Shown: positions 29,886 to 41,700 of the stretch, piece after piece
How the letters are laid out: every line of letters begins with the position of its first letter
Position numbering within the stretch: the first letter of the stretch is position 1
Origin: Macrostomum lignano
Taxonomy: Eukaryota
Assembly: GCA_002269645.1 (NCBI GenBank)
Contig: NIVC01004377.1
Location: 1-48,050 of the forward strand
Direction: 5' to 3'
Length of the DNA: 48,050 bases
Notes under the pieces: model-generated
Seen by the model: only the letters and a program-made list of their open reading frames with translations
Told to the model about the DNA's origin: nothing
The model's database searches: none
Program-made: the position numbers and the translations under genes

Positions 29886-32793
29886 TTTGTTGTGCTTCTT
29901 TTATGTTTAGCATTTTGTTTTTAAGATGTTTAAATAAAAAAATTTTTTTGCACTACTAAGTTTCGAACCCAGGTCGCTACATTAGCATTCCAGTCTGTTC
30001 GCATCTAGGCTATCTCTTGTCGATTGGAGAACATGAATTGTGGCCCTTATAATTCAATTCTTATAGCAAATCGGTTGGAGTAAAAAGTTATGACATAATC
30101 AATTTCTCAGTCAGCCAGTATCAGTCTCAATTTAAGTTAGCAATATGGTTACGCAATTTAAATCAAGTCGGGTGTGCATTTCTTCGACACTGTTTTCAAC
30201 TTGCTGTGATGCAATCTTTATCAGAATTGAAATTCAGTCAGTCAGGTTTTTCTCTAGCATTCTTACAATGCATTTCAGGTCGAAAGAGCTGCTTGACCTT
30301 CGCAGAAAATCATGTTTTTCGAATATTTAATCACTTTAATATTGATCAATTTCTTAGCCAAGATGCATGCACCATCCCAGGAAAATTTTTTATCGAATGG
30401 TGCAAGTTTGAAGAGAATCGGTTGAGCCATTCTCGAAAAAATAAGATTAGTATATATATATTAGTATATTAGTATATATCTATAAGATTAGTATATAGAA
30501 GAAGAAGATTTATATATATTTATATAAACAAAAATATTCAGAAATTACTCGTTTAAGTCATTACTACTAAGAAATGATCCGATATCTTAATCACTGTTAT
30601 CTTAAATATCTCAAATCTAAAATTAGTGACAACAACTGACATATTTACACTTATTAAAACTTTACTATTCGTTGGCAGACGAAACGACTGTATCGTATTC
30701 TTGCAGACGAAAGGGTGGCAGACGAACTGGCGGCAGACGAAACGACCGTCAACCACTTCAAAGGCTGCAATGGCTTGACTTTTGCCCAAATATTTTTTGC
30801 AGGTGGTAGTGACTCTATGCTCATATTATTATGCAAGGTAATATGTGGTAGTCATTTGGCTACCACTACCTTGCAATGGCCATATGATAGCTAGTCATTG
30901 GAGGTCATATTATAGAGCTGCAAGATATATCAATAAACAAACTATTATGTACTAACTTAATACTTTTATCTTCTTTGAATTAGACAAAGAAATATGTTTT
31001 AGAAATGCACATTTTCTAGGCTAACATTTTTTGAAAAAATAGACAATGCAGAAAAGATTATGTAAATTTGAAAAAATGTAAGAAATAGGCCTATGAAAAC
31101 TAGAAATAACTACTAATAGATAATATAAACTTCTTATGATAGGCCTACTAGATAGGCCTAGCAAAAATGTGATGACATTAAAACATCTAGTATAATATTG
31201 TATTGACTATCTACTACTATAATTTAACTAAATATAGCTTATACCTTTTAGTTTTAGTATTGGTTGAATACATGCATCATAGAAAATGCATATTATTTCC
31301 TATTCAAGCATAGAAAAATTGCCTTGCAATGTATGCTGCAGAGAAAGATGGCCCCATCTTCTTTGAAATGGCCTTAACTCTCAATGTTGAAAGTTGCCAA
31401 GTCAATTGTTGCATCATAGAGAGATTCAGTTTTATGTAATATAAGGCACATATAAACTGGTAGCAAGTTGGTTGACTGCAATGTATTTATAACCTTTGCA
31501 AGTGTACCATTTTGTAGGAAAATGTTAGAAAAGGCTTATGAACTATGATTATAGTGTGTTTAGTCTTTATAGTCATACTTGTTTATTATACTTGTAAACT
31601 AGGAATTTCATTGCATAATCATACTATAGGATGATTACCATGAAATATAACCAAAGCAGCTTTTTTTGCAATGGAAGCAATATACAAGTAACATCTTATT
31701 CTTCTACTCTCTTGACAACCTATTCCAAGTAGAATAGAATTTTGGCAACATTTTTCAATGAAGTGAAAGAAGTTCTTATCCCAGAACCAACTGAATTCCC
31801 AAATCTGCTTACTTTGTCAGGTAAGAGCATGTATGGTATATAGAATGAACTTATCATCCCAGGCTTTTTTTGCTAACCAAGCCTCTAGCATAATCAAAAT
31901 AGTTTTAGCTATTTAATTGGCACAACCGATTGAATGCAAGTGTATGCAAGCCAATGAAAAGGTTTTACATGGCTTTATGAATGTGATCTTTCAAAACCAC
32001 TGGATTGAAATATAAGTCAAGTAGGCAAATCTCTATTGCTTTCTAGTTACCAAGACTGAGTGTCTTTGCAGCTTTCAAGAAAAACTTTGATGCTGATGGC
32101 AAATGCTGCTTTGGGTACAATGCACTTGTAAAACAAATGATATTGTGTTACTTTGAATAGTTGGTAAAAATTGTTTTCAAAATGCAAAGAGATACAAGCT
32201 TATATATAAAAAGGATGCATAATATAGTATAGTTTAGTACCAAGATGCACTTTTGAAATTATTTAATCTTTTTTAATAGCCTTTTGGTTATAGAATGCTT
32301 TAAATTGATTTATTAAACTAGTAATTGACTTGCTAGAAAGCATATATAATGGCATTGCATAAAATATTTTGCTAAATAGAAGAAATATTATTTGTCAAAT
32401 TTAATGGAATCCAATTTCTGCTTGTGTCACTAATTATTACAGTATAGCTTGCAAACAGTTTTTTGTGTATTTTTTTTTAGTATATAGATATATGTATCCA
32501 AAATTACAACTTAGGTTTTTCAACTTACCCAAAAATACAAAAACAGACATTTCTCAATTTTTGTCAAAAAAGCTTTTATAAATCATTAAAAGAACATCAA
32601 TTTTGTGATTTAACCTTGGTCTGCCACCTGAATTTAGTTGTTGTTTTGTTATAATTATACAACTTATTTGTATAATGACTGTTAGCTATCAAACAACAAT
32701 TTAATTCCACTTTTTTGCAGCCTTATTAAATTTGTTAATAACAGAGATAGTAATATATAATAAAAAGTGTGAACTCTTGAATCATTGTTAATC

Positions 32794-35700
32794 ATGCCAG
32801 AAGTTGTGGTTCAACCACAAAAGCAGCAACAGCAGCAGCAGTACTGCTACTCAACTGAGCAGTACTTTCGACTGCCAGATAAATCATTGACCGCCAATCG
32901 GATAGTGATGCGCAATGAGCACTGCCTTGTTGCCTTCACTTCCGCTGGCTGTCTTCTGCGATTCGAACGAAATCCAACGGTGGCTGATCAGAAACAGCCC
33001 AGCTGGAAGGAGGTGCTTCGACTGCCATTGATGAATTTTGATGCCTGTCTGTTGGCTGATTCTCAGGCTGCCGATGAGCGTCTGGTGGTGTGGCTCGCTG
33101 GGACACTGCGGGTCTACAATATTGACAGTCTGGAGTGCGGCAGCTTCAGCAGCGTCTGCGGATTGCCTGCTGGGGTTGCCGACGCTGCCTCTGGAGCTCG
33201 GGTGGCAAAGATATTGCAGATCTCTGCCGACGAAATGCTGCTAATGACTCGCTTGGCAACTGATGCAGTCTATGGTGAGGGCTGTGTGTGCATCATTACT
33301 TGGCTGGGCTGTCATCCTCCCTGATCCTCAGTAGCTGGGCCAGCCTCCCAAATCCTCAGTTGCTGGGCCAGCCTCCCAGATCCTCAGTTGCTGGGCCAGC
33401 CTCCCAGATCCCCAGTTGCTGGACCAGCCTCCCAGATCCCCAGTTGCCGAGCCAGCCTCCCAGAACCCAACAGGTTGCTGGGCTGTTAGACTCAGAATTT
33501 GCAGTCACCAGTTCTCAATGCACTCTCAAGCAGCTCTCATTTGCCCCCTCTCTCTTTCTCCTCGCATGGCAGACTGCTCGCTTCATCCGGTGTGCATCAG
33601 CCACCTCCGCCTGCCGCCGGAGTCCGCCTGGCCGGACAAGCCGCCGCTGATGGCCGCCACCCTGGCCTGTGTGGGCCTGCCGGTTCCTCCCGAGCGACTG
33701 CTTCGACTGCAATACGACAGCCGTCAGGCCTGCCTGCACTGCCTGACGCCTGACGGTCGAGTTCTCACCATCGACTGTCTGTCCGGTTGGCTAGTTGACT
33801 CTCTGGCAGTGCCTCGGGACACCACCGATCTGCTGCTAGTTCGCAGTCACGCAGAATCGTCAATATTAGCTCTGGCTAGTCCCAACAGCGTCACCCTAGT
33901 GGAATATCCATCCTGTAGACGTTTGCACCGATTGAGCTTGCCTAGTAAACTTGCCGATGCTCGCCTACTGGCCTGTCGGTCAACTACTGTTAGTAGAATA
34001 ATCCAACAGCCGGAATTATTTGTTTGGGGCGGCAACAGTTTAGTGTATCGGCTGCGAGAAACTTCGCCAGGTCAGCAGTATCAGAGATTGCTCGACTCGC
34101 TACAGTTTGATGAAGCTGAGCTGTGCGCTAAACGGTACGGACTGCCTATGGACCGGTTGTACTATGCCAAGTGCAGGCATCTGCTAGATTCAGACTCTTC
34201 TAGTGCGTCTTCTTCGACACCCGTGTCGGAGGAGTCCCTGGCTGAGCTGGTCAGCTGTTTGGATAAGCTGGCATTCTCTACTGATGTTGAATATTTGCTG
34301 TTGTTAAGCAGCTGTCTGAAAGGTGAGGGCTTGCTTTTTTATGAAATCTGACGTCATACTTTTTGTTGCCAGGCCTTTGTGATGGTTTTTTATTTTAATC
34401 CTTCAGTGTATTGTTTAACCCGAGTCCTTCACACATCCTTCAGTGGCCTGAGCTGCCACCCCTCCGATCCTTCAGTGGCCTGAGCTGCCACCCCTCTGAT
34501 CCTTCAGTGGCCTGAGCTGCCACCCCTCTGATCCTTCAGTGGCCTGAGCTGCCACCCCTCTGATCCTTCAGTGGCCTGAGCTGCCACCCCTCTGATCCTT
34601 CAGTGGCCTGAGCTGCCACCCCTCTGATCCTTCAGTGGCCTGAGCTGCCACCCCTCTGATCCTTCAGTGGCCTGAGCTGCCACCCCTCTGATCCTTCAGT
34701 GGCCTGAGCTGCCACCCCTCTGATCCTTCAGTGGCCTGAGCTGCCACCCCTCTGATCCTTCAGTGGCCTGAGCTGCCACCCCTCTGATCCTTCAATGGTC
34801 CTCAATAAAATCTACAAACAGCGCTAATTTACCTTTCTTCACCCCACTAACTCTCCCACAGCCGCCTGTAACGGGTCCAGTCCCGGCCTGCTCGAGCAGC
34901 TCCTAACAACGGTGTCGAATCAGCTGTGCCGCTATTTCTACGACCCATCTGTAGCGGTTGGCACCGAAGCAGCCGATCAGTCCATCCTAGCCCGCTGGTG
35001 CGAGACCAGCGATTTAGCCGCCGCAACATTGCAACGCCTACGCGTTTGCCTACAATTGATCGAGCCGGAACAATTCAGTTTAGAAATGTGGCAATGGTTT
35101 CAAACTGTTAATATTTGTTCGTATTTTTGCGACTCTGTACTGCGCAATAATCAAGAGGAATCGGCTGTACTGTTTGCTAATTATAAGCAGACCATCTGCA
35201 GACAATTGGCAGATAGCGGAGAATATCTACAGCTGGTGCTGGACAATCTGCGCTGCTGTCAACCGGATGGATTGCTGTCACAGCCTTGGTGCGTCTGGCT
35301 GGCTGAGGAGTTCCTGCCGGCTATGGCCGCCTCGCCTGAGTCTGCGAGGTTTGCTCCCATAGTAAGTTGATCGAGTTATGACAGCTTGCTGTTACCGGCT
35401 TGGGAGCTAGAATAGATAGAGTGGATTGGAGTGTTAGATGGAAAGAATTGGAGTGCTAGATAGATAGGATTGGAGTGCTAGATTGAGTGGATTGGAGTGC
35501 TAGATAGAAAGGATTTGAGTGCTAAATAGAGAGGATTGGACTTCTAGATAGGGAGAATCAGCAGTGCTAGATAAAGAGAATCAGGAGTGCTAGATAGTGA
35601 GAATCGGGAGTGCTCGATAGGGAGGATCAGGAGTGCTAGACATGGAGGATCAGGAGTGCTAGATAGTGAGAATAAGGAGTGCTAGATAGTGAGAATCGGG

Positions 35701-38700
35701 AGTGCTCGATAGGGAGGATCAGGAGTGCTAGACATGGAGGATCAGGAGTGCTAGATAGTGAGAGTAAGGAGTGCTAGATAGTGAGAATCAGGAGTGCTAG
35801 ATAGGAAGGATCAAGAGTGCTAGACATGGAGAATCAGGAGTGCTAAATATGGAGGATCAAGAGTGCTAGACATGGAGAATCAGGAGTGCTAGATATGGAG
35901 GATCAGGAGTGCTAAATAGTGAGAATCAGGAGTGCTAAATATGGAGGATCAGGAGTGCTAGAAATGGAGGATCAGGAGCGCTAGATAAGGAGGATCAGGA
36001 GCGCTAGATAAGGAGGATCAGGAGTGCTAGATATGGAGGATCAGGAGCGCTAGATAAGGAGGATCAGGAGTGCTAGATATGGAGGATCAGGAGTGCTAGA
36101 TAGGGAGGAACAGGAGTGCTAGACATGGAGAATCAGCAGCGCTAGATAAGGAGGATCAGGAGTGCTAGATATGGAGGATCAGGAGTGCTAGATAGGGAGG
36201 AACAGGAGTGCTAGACATGGAGGATCAGGAGTGCTAGATAGGGAGGAACAGGAGTGCTAGACATGGAGGATCAGGAGTGCTAGATAGGGAGGAACAGGAG
36301 TGCTAGACATGGAGGATCAGGAGTGCTAGATAGGGAGGAACAGGAGTGCTAGACATGGAGGATCAGGAGTGCTAGATAGAGAGAATTAGGAATGCACCTG
36401 TACATTCGCTACTCTAATCTCACAGATCGCTGATTGGCTAGAGGACTGCATAGACGGCCTGATCCGATTGGACGACTCCGCGGCCACCAAAGCGGACGCC
36501 TGCCGCCAGTTCTTAGCCAATCTGCTGCGCTGCGTTGGCCAACCAACTGAAGAAGCCGGGGACTCGTTTAGCCGCCCCCTGAGCCAGTTAGCTAGGGCTT
36601 TAGACGAGCTGGTGTGCCTGTGCTCCAGGTATAAACTGCGTCTGAGCGTTCGCCTCTACCGGCGTATGGATAAAGGGGATTTGGCCAAGCATATCCTGGA
36701 TTACATTCTGCTTAGTCAGGATGCCGGCCTGTTTGGCCTGTTTGGAGCTTATTTGCAGGTGAGCCTCGCTGAAATGACCCCTGGTTCGATTCCGTGCGCA
36801 GCCACAATTTTCATTTTGGGGTTTTGCTCGTGCTCAGGAGCGCAAGTATCTGTACTATAAAAATACGAATTTCCTCCCGCAGGAGTGCGGCCTTAATAGC
36901 GACCAATTCTATTGCGACTATTGTTCAGCCAGGCTGCAGGCAGCCAGTGCTGCAACAGACGCGGCTATGCATATGATTGGCTCCAATAATGATGCAGCCA
37001 ATCATCTGCATGGCAGCGACAGCCACGGCAGCGGTGTGAGTCCTCAGGATGCTGAGAGGACCGCTGTCACCGTACTCGGTCGAATAGTTAACGAAGACGC
37101 CAGGATGCGTTGTACTATTATGCTAGCCGAGCAGGCGACTGTGCCGTGGTCAGAGGAGGTGCAAGCAGTTGTTGAGCAGCATCTGGCTTTGAGGCATCGG
37201 CCTGATCGGGTAGTGCTGCAGCGGGCTGTAACGGCGGCTAAGACTCAGGCGCTGTTTAAACGGTAAGGCTGACTGGGGGTCTAGAGGTAGAGAAATGGGG
37301 TGTTGGCTGGGGTTAGCGGCTCATTGGGAGTGGTCTGTAGGGAGAGAAATGGGGTGGTGGCTGGGGTTAGCGGTTCACTGTGGGTCTGGAGGGAGAGAAA
37401 TGGGGTGGTGGCTGGGGTTAGTGGCTCATTGGGGTGGTCTGTAGGGAGAGAAATGGGGTGGTGGCTGGGGTTAGTGGCTCATTGGGGGTGGTCTGTAGGG
37501 AGAGAAATGGGTGTCTCATTAGGGGTCTGGGGGAGAGAAATGGGTGTTGGCTGGGGTTAGAGGCTCACTGTGGGTCTGGAGGGAGAGAAATGGGGTGGTG
37601 GCTGGGGTTAGTGGCTCATTGGGAGTGGTCTGTAGGGAGAGAAATGGGGTGGTGGCTGGGGTTAGCGGTTCACTGTGGGTCTGTAGGGAGAGAAATGGGG
37701 TGGTGGCTGGGGTTAGTGGCTCATTGGGGGTGGTCTGTAGGGAGAGAAATGGGGTGGTGGCTGGGGTTAGTGGCTCATTGGGAGTGGTCTGTAGGGAGAG
37801 AAATGGGGTGGTGGCTGGGGTTAGCGGTTCACTGTGGGTCTGTAGGGAGAGAAATGGGGTGGTGGCTGGGGTTAGTGGGTCATTGGGGGTGGTCTGTAGG
37901 GAGAGAAATGGGGTGGTGGCTGGGTTTAGTGGCTCATTGGGGGTGGTCTGTAGGGAGAGAAATGGGGTGGTGGCTGGGGTTAGCGGTTCACTGTGGGTCT
38001 GTAGGGAGAGAAATGGGGTGGTGGCTGGGGTTAGTGGCTCATTGGGGTGGTCTGTAGGGAGAGAAATGGGGTGGTGGCTGGGGTTAGCGGTTCACTGTGG
38101 GTCTGTAGGGAGAGAAATGGGGTGGTGGCTGGGGTTAGTGGCTCATTGGGGGTGGTCTGTAGGGAGAGAAATGGGGTGGTGGCTGGGTTTAGTGGCTCAT
38201 TGGGGGTGGTCTGTAGGGAGAGAAATGGGGTGGTGGCTGGGGTTAGCGGTTCACTGTGGGTCTGTAGGGAGAGAAATGGGGTGGTGGCTGGGGTTAGTGG
38301 CTCATTGGGGTGGTCTGTAGGGAGAGAAATGGGGTGGTGGCTGGGTTTAGTGGCTCATTGGGGGTGGTCTGTAGGGAGAGAAATGGGGTTGTGGCTGGGG
38401 TTAGTGGCTCATTGGGAGTGGTCTGTAGGGAGAGAAATGGGGTGGTGGCTGGGGTTAGTGGCTCATTGGGGGTGGTCTGTAGGGAGAGAAATGGGGTGGT
38501 GGCTGGGGTTAGCGGTTCACTGTGGGTCTGTAGGGAGAGAAATGGGTGTTGGCTGGCGTTAGAGGCTCACTGTGGGTCTGGAGGGAGAGAAATGGGGTGT
38601 TGGCTGGGGTTAGAGGCTCACTGTGGGTCTGTAGGGAGAGAAATGGGTGTTGGCTGGCGTTAGAGGCTCACTGTGGGTCTTGAGGGAGAGAAATGGGGTG

Positions 38701-41700
38701 TTGGCTGGGGTTAGAGGCTCACTGTGGGTCTGGAGGGAGAGAAATGGGGTGGTGGCTGGGGTTAGTGGCTCATTAAGGGTCTGTTGGGAGAGAAATAGTG
38801 TGGTGGCTGGGGTTAGCAGCTCAGCGGTTTAGTAGGCCCAGGGGTCTGGGGAGTGAGGTGGCGTTAGCTGCTCACTAAATGGCCTCGAGAAACAAGAGAC
38901 TCGTGTAATTGCTTACTGAAAAAAGGGTATAAATGAATGTATAGTGACAGGCCCAAGCCACAAATAAAAATAGAAAAGAGAATTTCTTATCTGTTTTGTA
39001 TTATCAATTTGTTCGACTGCTTTTCAACAGTGAGACACCCACCATTTAAAACCCCTAAAACATTTAACAGCTACAATATCAGGCAGCACGACGCCAGCCA
39101 GCAGGACGCCCAAGCTAGGGCAGCTTTAAAAGGCCTATTCTCACAGCTGGCCAGCGGCCGAGTTACTCCGGCCACTGTCCGAGCCGATCTGCTACTATTA
39201 ACGGACACGTTTGGATTTACAGTCTCGGATTTAATGACCGTGGCCGTTGATTGCGCTTTGAAAGAGGGTAGTTCCGTTAAGTGAGTAGTTGTGTTTGTCT
39301 GTTTTAATTAGTATGATTACGTAATTAACGTAAGGGAAAAATTATAGAACAAGGCATTCGGAGTATTTAATTACAGGTTTATAGTTACTCTCGTCGCTAA
39401 CCTGAGCAGCCCTTTAATCTTTTGTGTCTTTAGCTCGTATAATTAGAACTAAAGAAATTGTAGAGCTGGTACCGCTAGATGTAAAATAGTTCTAATTAGA
39501 TGACGAGGCGCTTAGTTATAATTGCTCTTACTGTTTACCCTTGCGGTGTGCTGTGAGGCATTGAAAGCGAATATCGCATTTCAATAATCGGTCGGTTTGG
39601 GTGCCCAGCCCAAGCGCTATACCGTAGTACCAACAGGTGTTGTGACGTTCTGCTTATTCTATATTAATACTGACAGGCGTTATGACGCTCTGGCAAGAAG
39701 GAACTCTAGCCCTGCCTAGCAAGCTTCCCGGAAATAAAAGATTAACTCAAAGCAGGCAAACTCAAAGTGGCCGAGTAACGGACGCTTCTTATATTTAAAT
39801 ACTCAAGTTGAACTCAATCACAGAACTCAAATCGGTGATGGTTGGCTAATAGGTCCTGACTGTCGACTAATACTAATAGTCGACGTCTGGTGTCTGCTCT
39901 TCTCTGACCCGTTCTCTGGGTTTTACTTAATCTAAATCTACAAATCGCTATGACCGATGTCTGTTTGACAAACAAAAAGGGCGAGATGCGAGAGAAAAAG
40001 GGCGCACAACAATAAATAGCAAACTCAGGCCTGGGGGCAGGGGGATAGACTGCCCGATCGGCTAAGCCGACGAGAACAGAACACGCACTGGCCAGCCAAT
40101 CAAACCCCGCCTGGGGGAGAGGGTGCAGCACGCACAAAGCCCCGCGGCCAGCCAAACCTTGACCTGGCTCACGTCAACTCCAAGCTAGCACAAAAGTGCA
40201 TCGCGCCGTGCCAAAAAGACAAAGGCAAGTGCACTACAATTTAATAGTGCACGTTGTAGATGATTCGTCGGTCTTGTCCCAGCTGACCAGGACTTTGCCA
40301 CTAACCAAGTAATCAAGTTTCCTCTTTACTGTGTTAACAGTACCCTGTTCCTCGGCTTTCCTTTTCGGAACGACGTTGCCGTTTACCAGGTCGTAGAAAA
40401 TTGTCAGCACCGATCAGAAGGGAGACTGGCTTATTGGCATCGCGGAGATCAAACGGATTGGCAAGATTAAAAGGGTGAATTTCTGAATGTGCGTCCAACA
40501 TCACTGATGTTTGAGGTTTGCAGATCCAAGAAGTCGTGTAGCCTTTCAAAGAAACATAATTTCCGTCCTGGGAACCCGTTCTCAGAATGTGGCATCATAC
40601 GATGTTCGATGTAGATTCGCTGCATCTTGTTCCAAAAGTGTTGCCACGCAGCACTTTACTTGCCTGTGTTGTAAAGCTCAACTGGCTGCTCATGTCCCGT
40701 CTGATGTAGGTTTTATTAATGGCGGTATCTAATAACTCGTAGATCAACACTCCCCAGTCAAAACGATGCCGTTGCCTTGACGTCGTTAACACATCGAAAA
40801 TAACGTCGCCAAATAAGCCATTTTGTCGCACGCGGTGACGTTGCTATAACGACCCCAGGCAACGTTAGAATTTCACGTTACTGATGACCAAACGGCGACC
40901 ATTCATTACAGATTGCATATACTAAGCACAGATGCTTAGCACTTTCAATATACCGAGAATCTCAAAACTATAATTCAATAAGTTTGTTCTAAGATAGGGA
41001 ATAAAAATAAACTAAGTTTAAAACGTTATTTTGCTCTGGTTTTACAGAATATCTTAATAAATTACACTTTCTGACATAAATATTGTGAATTTACGAATGC
41101 ATTTTAAAGAGCGCAGATATTTTACTGGCTGTGAAAAAAGTACAAGAAAAAACAAACTCGTCCCACATTTTGATATTGATGAAGAAGATCTGGTTTTTGG
41201 AGTCATTATCGTTGCACTGTTACAGGTACAGTTTGAAGAAGCAGGGGCTTTCTGATGTCCGGGCGGAGCGCTTCAAAAGCGCATGACTTCATAAGACCTA
41301 AATCTATGTCTAAAACCGTAAAATACAGTCGCCTAAATTTCACATCGCATTTCATTTTACATAGATAGATAGATTCCAGGTATGGAAATGTTACCGCAAC
41401 CTGCAACTATCGAAAAGGTCTAAAACATTATTCTAAATTAGTATTAAAGCTAACATTATGCGTTTAAAATATATACACTATAGCTGCAAGTATAAAACAA
41501 ATCAGTGACGATACAAGAGGCTTTATTTGCACTTCATCATGTAACTTCGCTCTAGAAATTTGATTTTCACTATCAATCACTCAGTTCTAAAATACTTTTA
41601 TTTAAATTAAAAATAAGACATTTAAGCAACAGAATAACAGAACCGTCTGTTCTCTCACGCATACTTCAGTCTCCACGTAGTAAAAACGAAAGGAATTTAA

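Larger units (their letters stand above)
28531..30508 (-). mobile_element. Non-autonomous Helitron
   Basis: On the minus strand it begins A|TCTTCTTCTTCTATATACTAAT...GGCTCAACCGATT and ends with the hairpin CCCCCCC-ATC-GGGGGGG, a short spacer, then CTAG|T. This fits the 5'-TC / 3'-CTRR / A|T target rule, with no TSD. Confidence 0.85.
28119..30754. mobile_element. Non-autonomous TIR DNA element (~660 bp once the Helitron is removed)
   Basis: Left end GGTGCGCGGTCATTTCGTCTGCCGCC; right end (reverse complement) GGTTGACGGTCGTTTCGTCTGCCGCC. ACTTCAAA is directly repeated at 28111-28118 and 30755-30762. Confidence 0.85.

Noticed and set aside
31733-31820. Possible upstream KNTC1 exon (AG...CAG|GTAAG; NRILATFFNEVKEVLIPEPTEF)
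   Set aside because: I found no in-phase acceptor linking it to the 32794 exon and no homology. It could be a UTR exon, but this is unsupported.
34433-34795. 32-bp repeat of CRISPR-like length
   Set aside because: Head-to-tail tandem copies with no spacers.
37300-38832. Up to 258-aa Gly/Trp/Val-rich ORFs
   Set aside because: Translations of the 52/54-bp intronic array.
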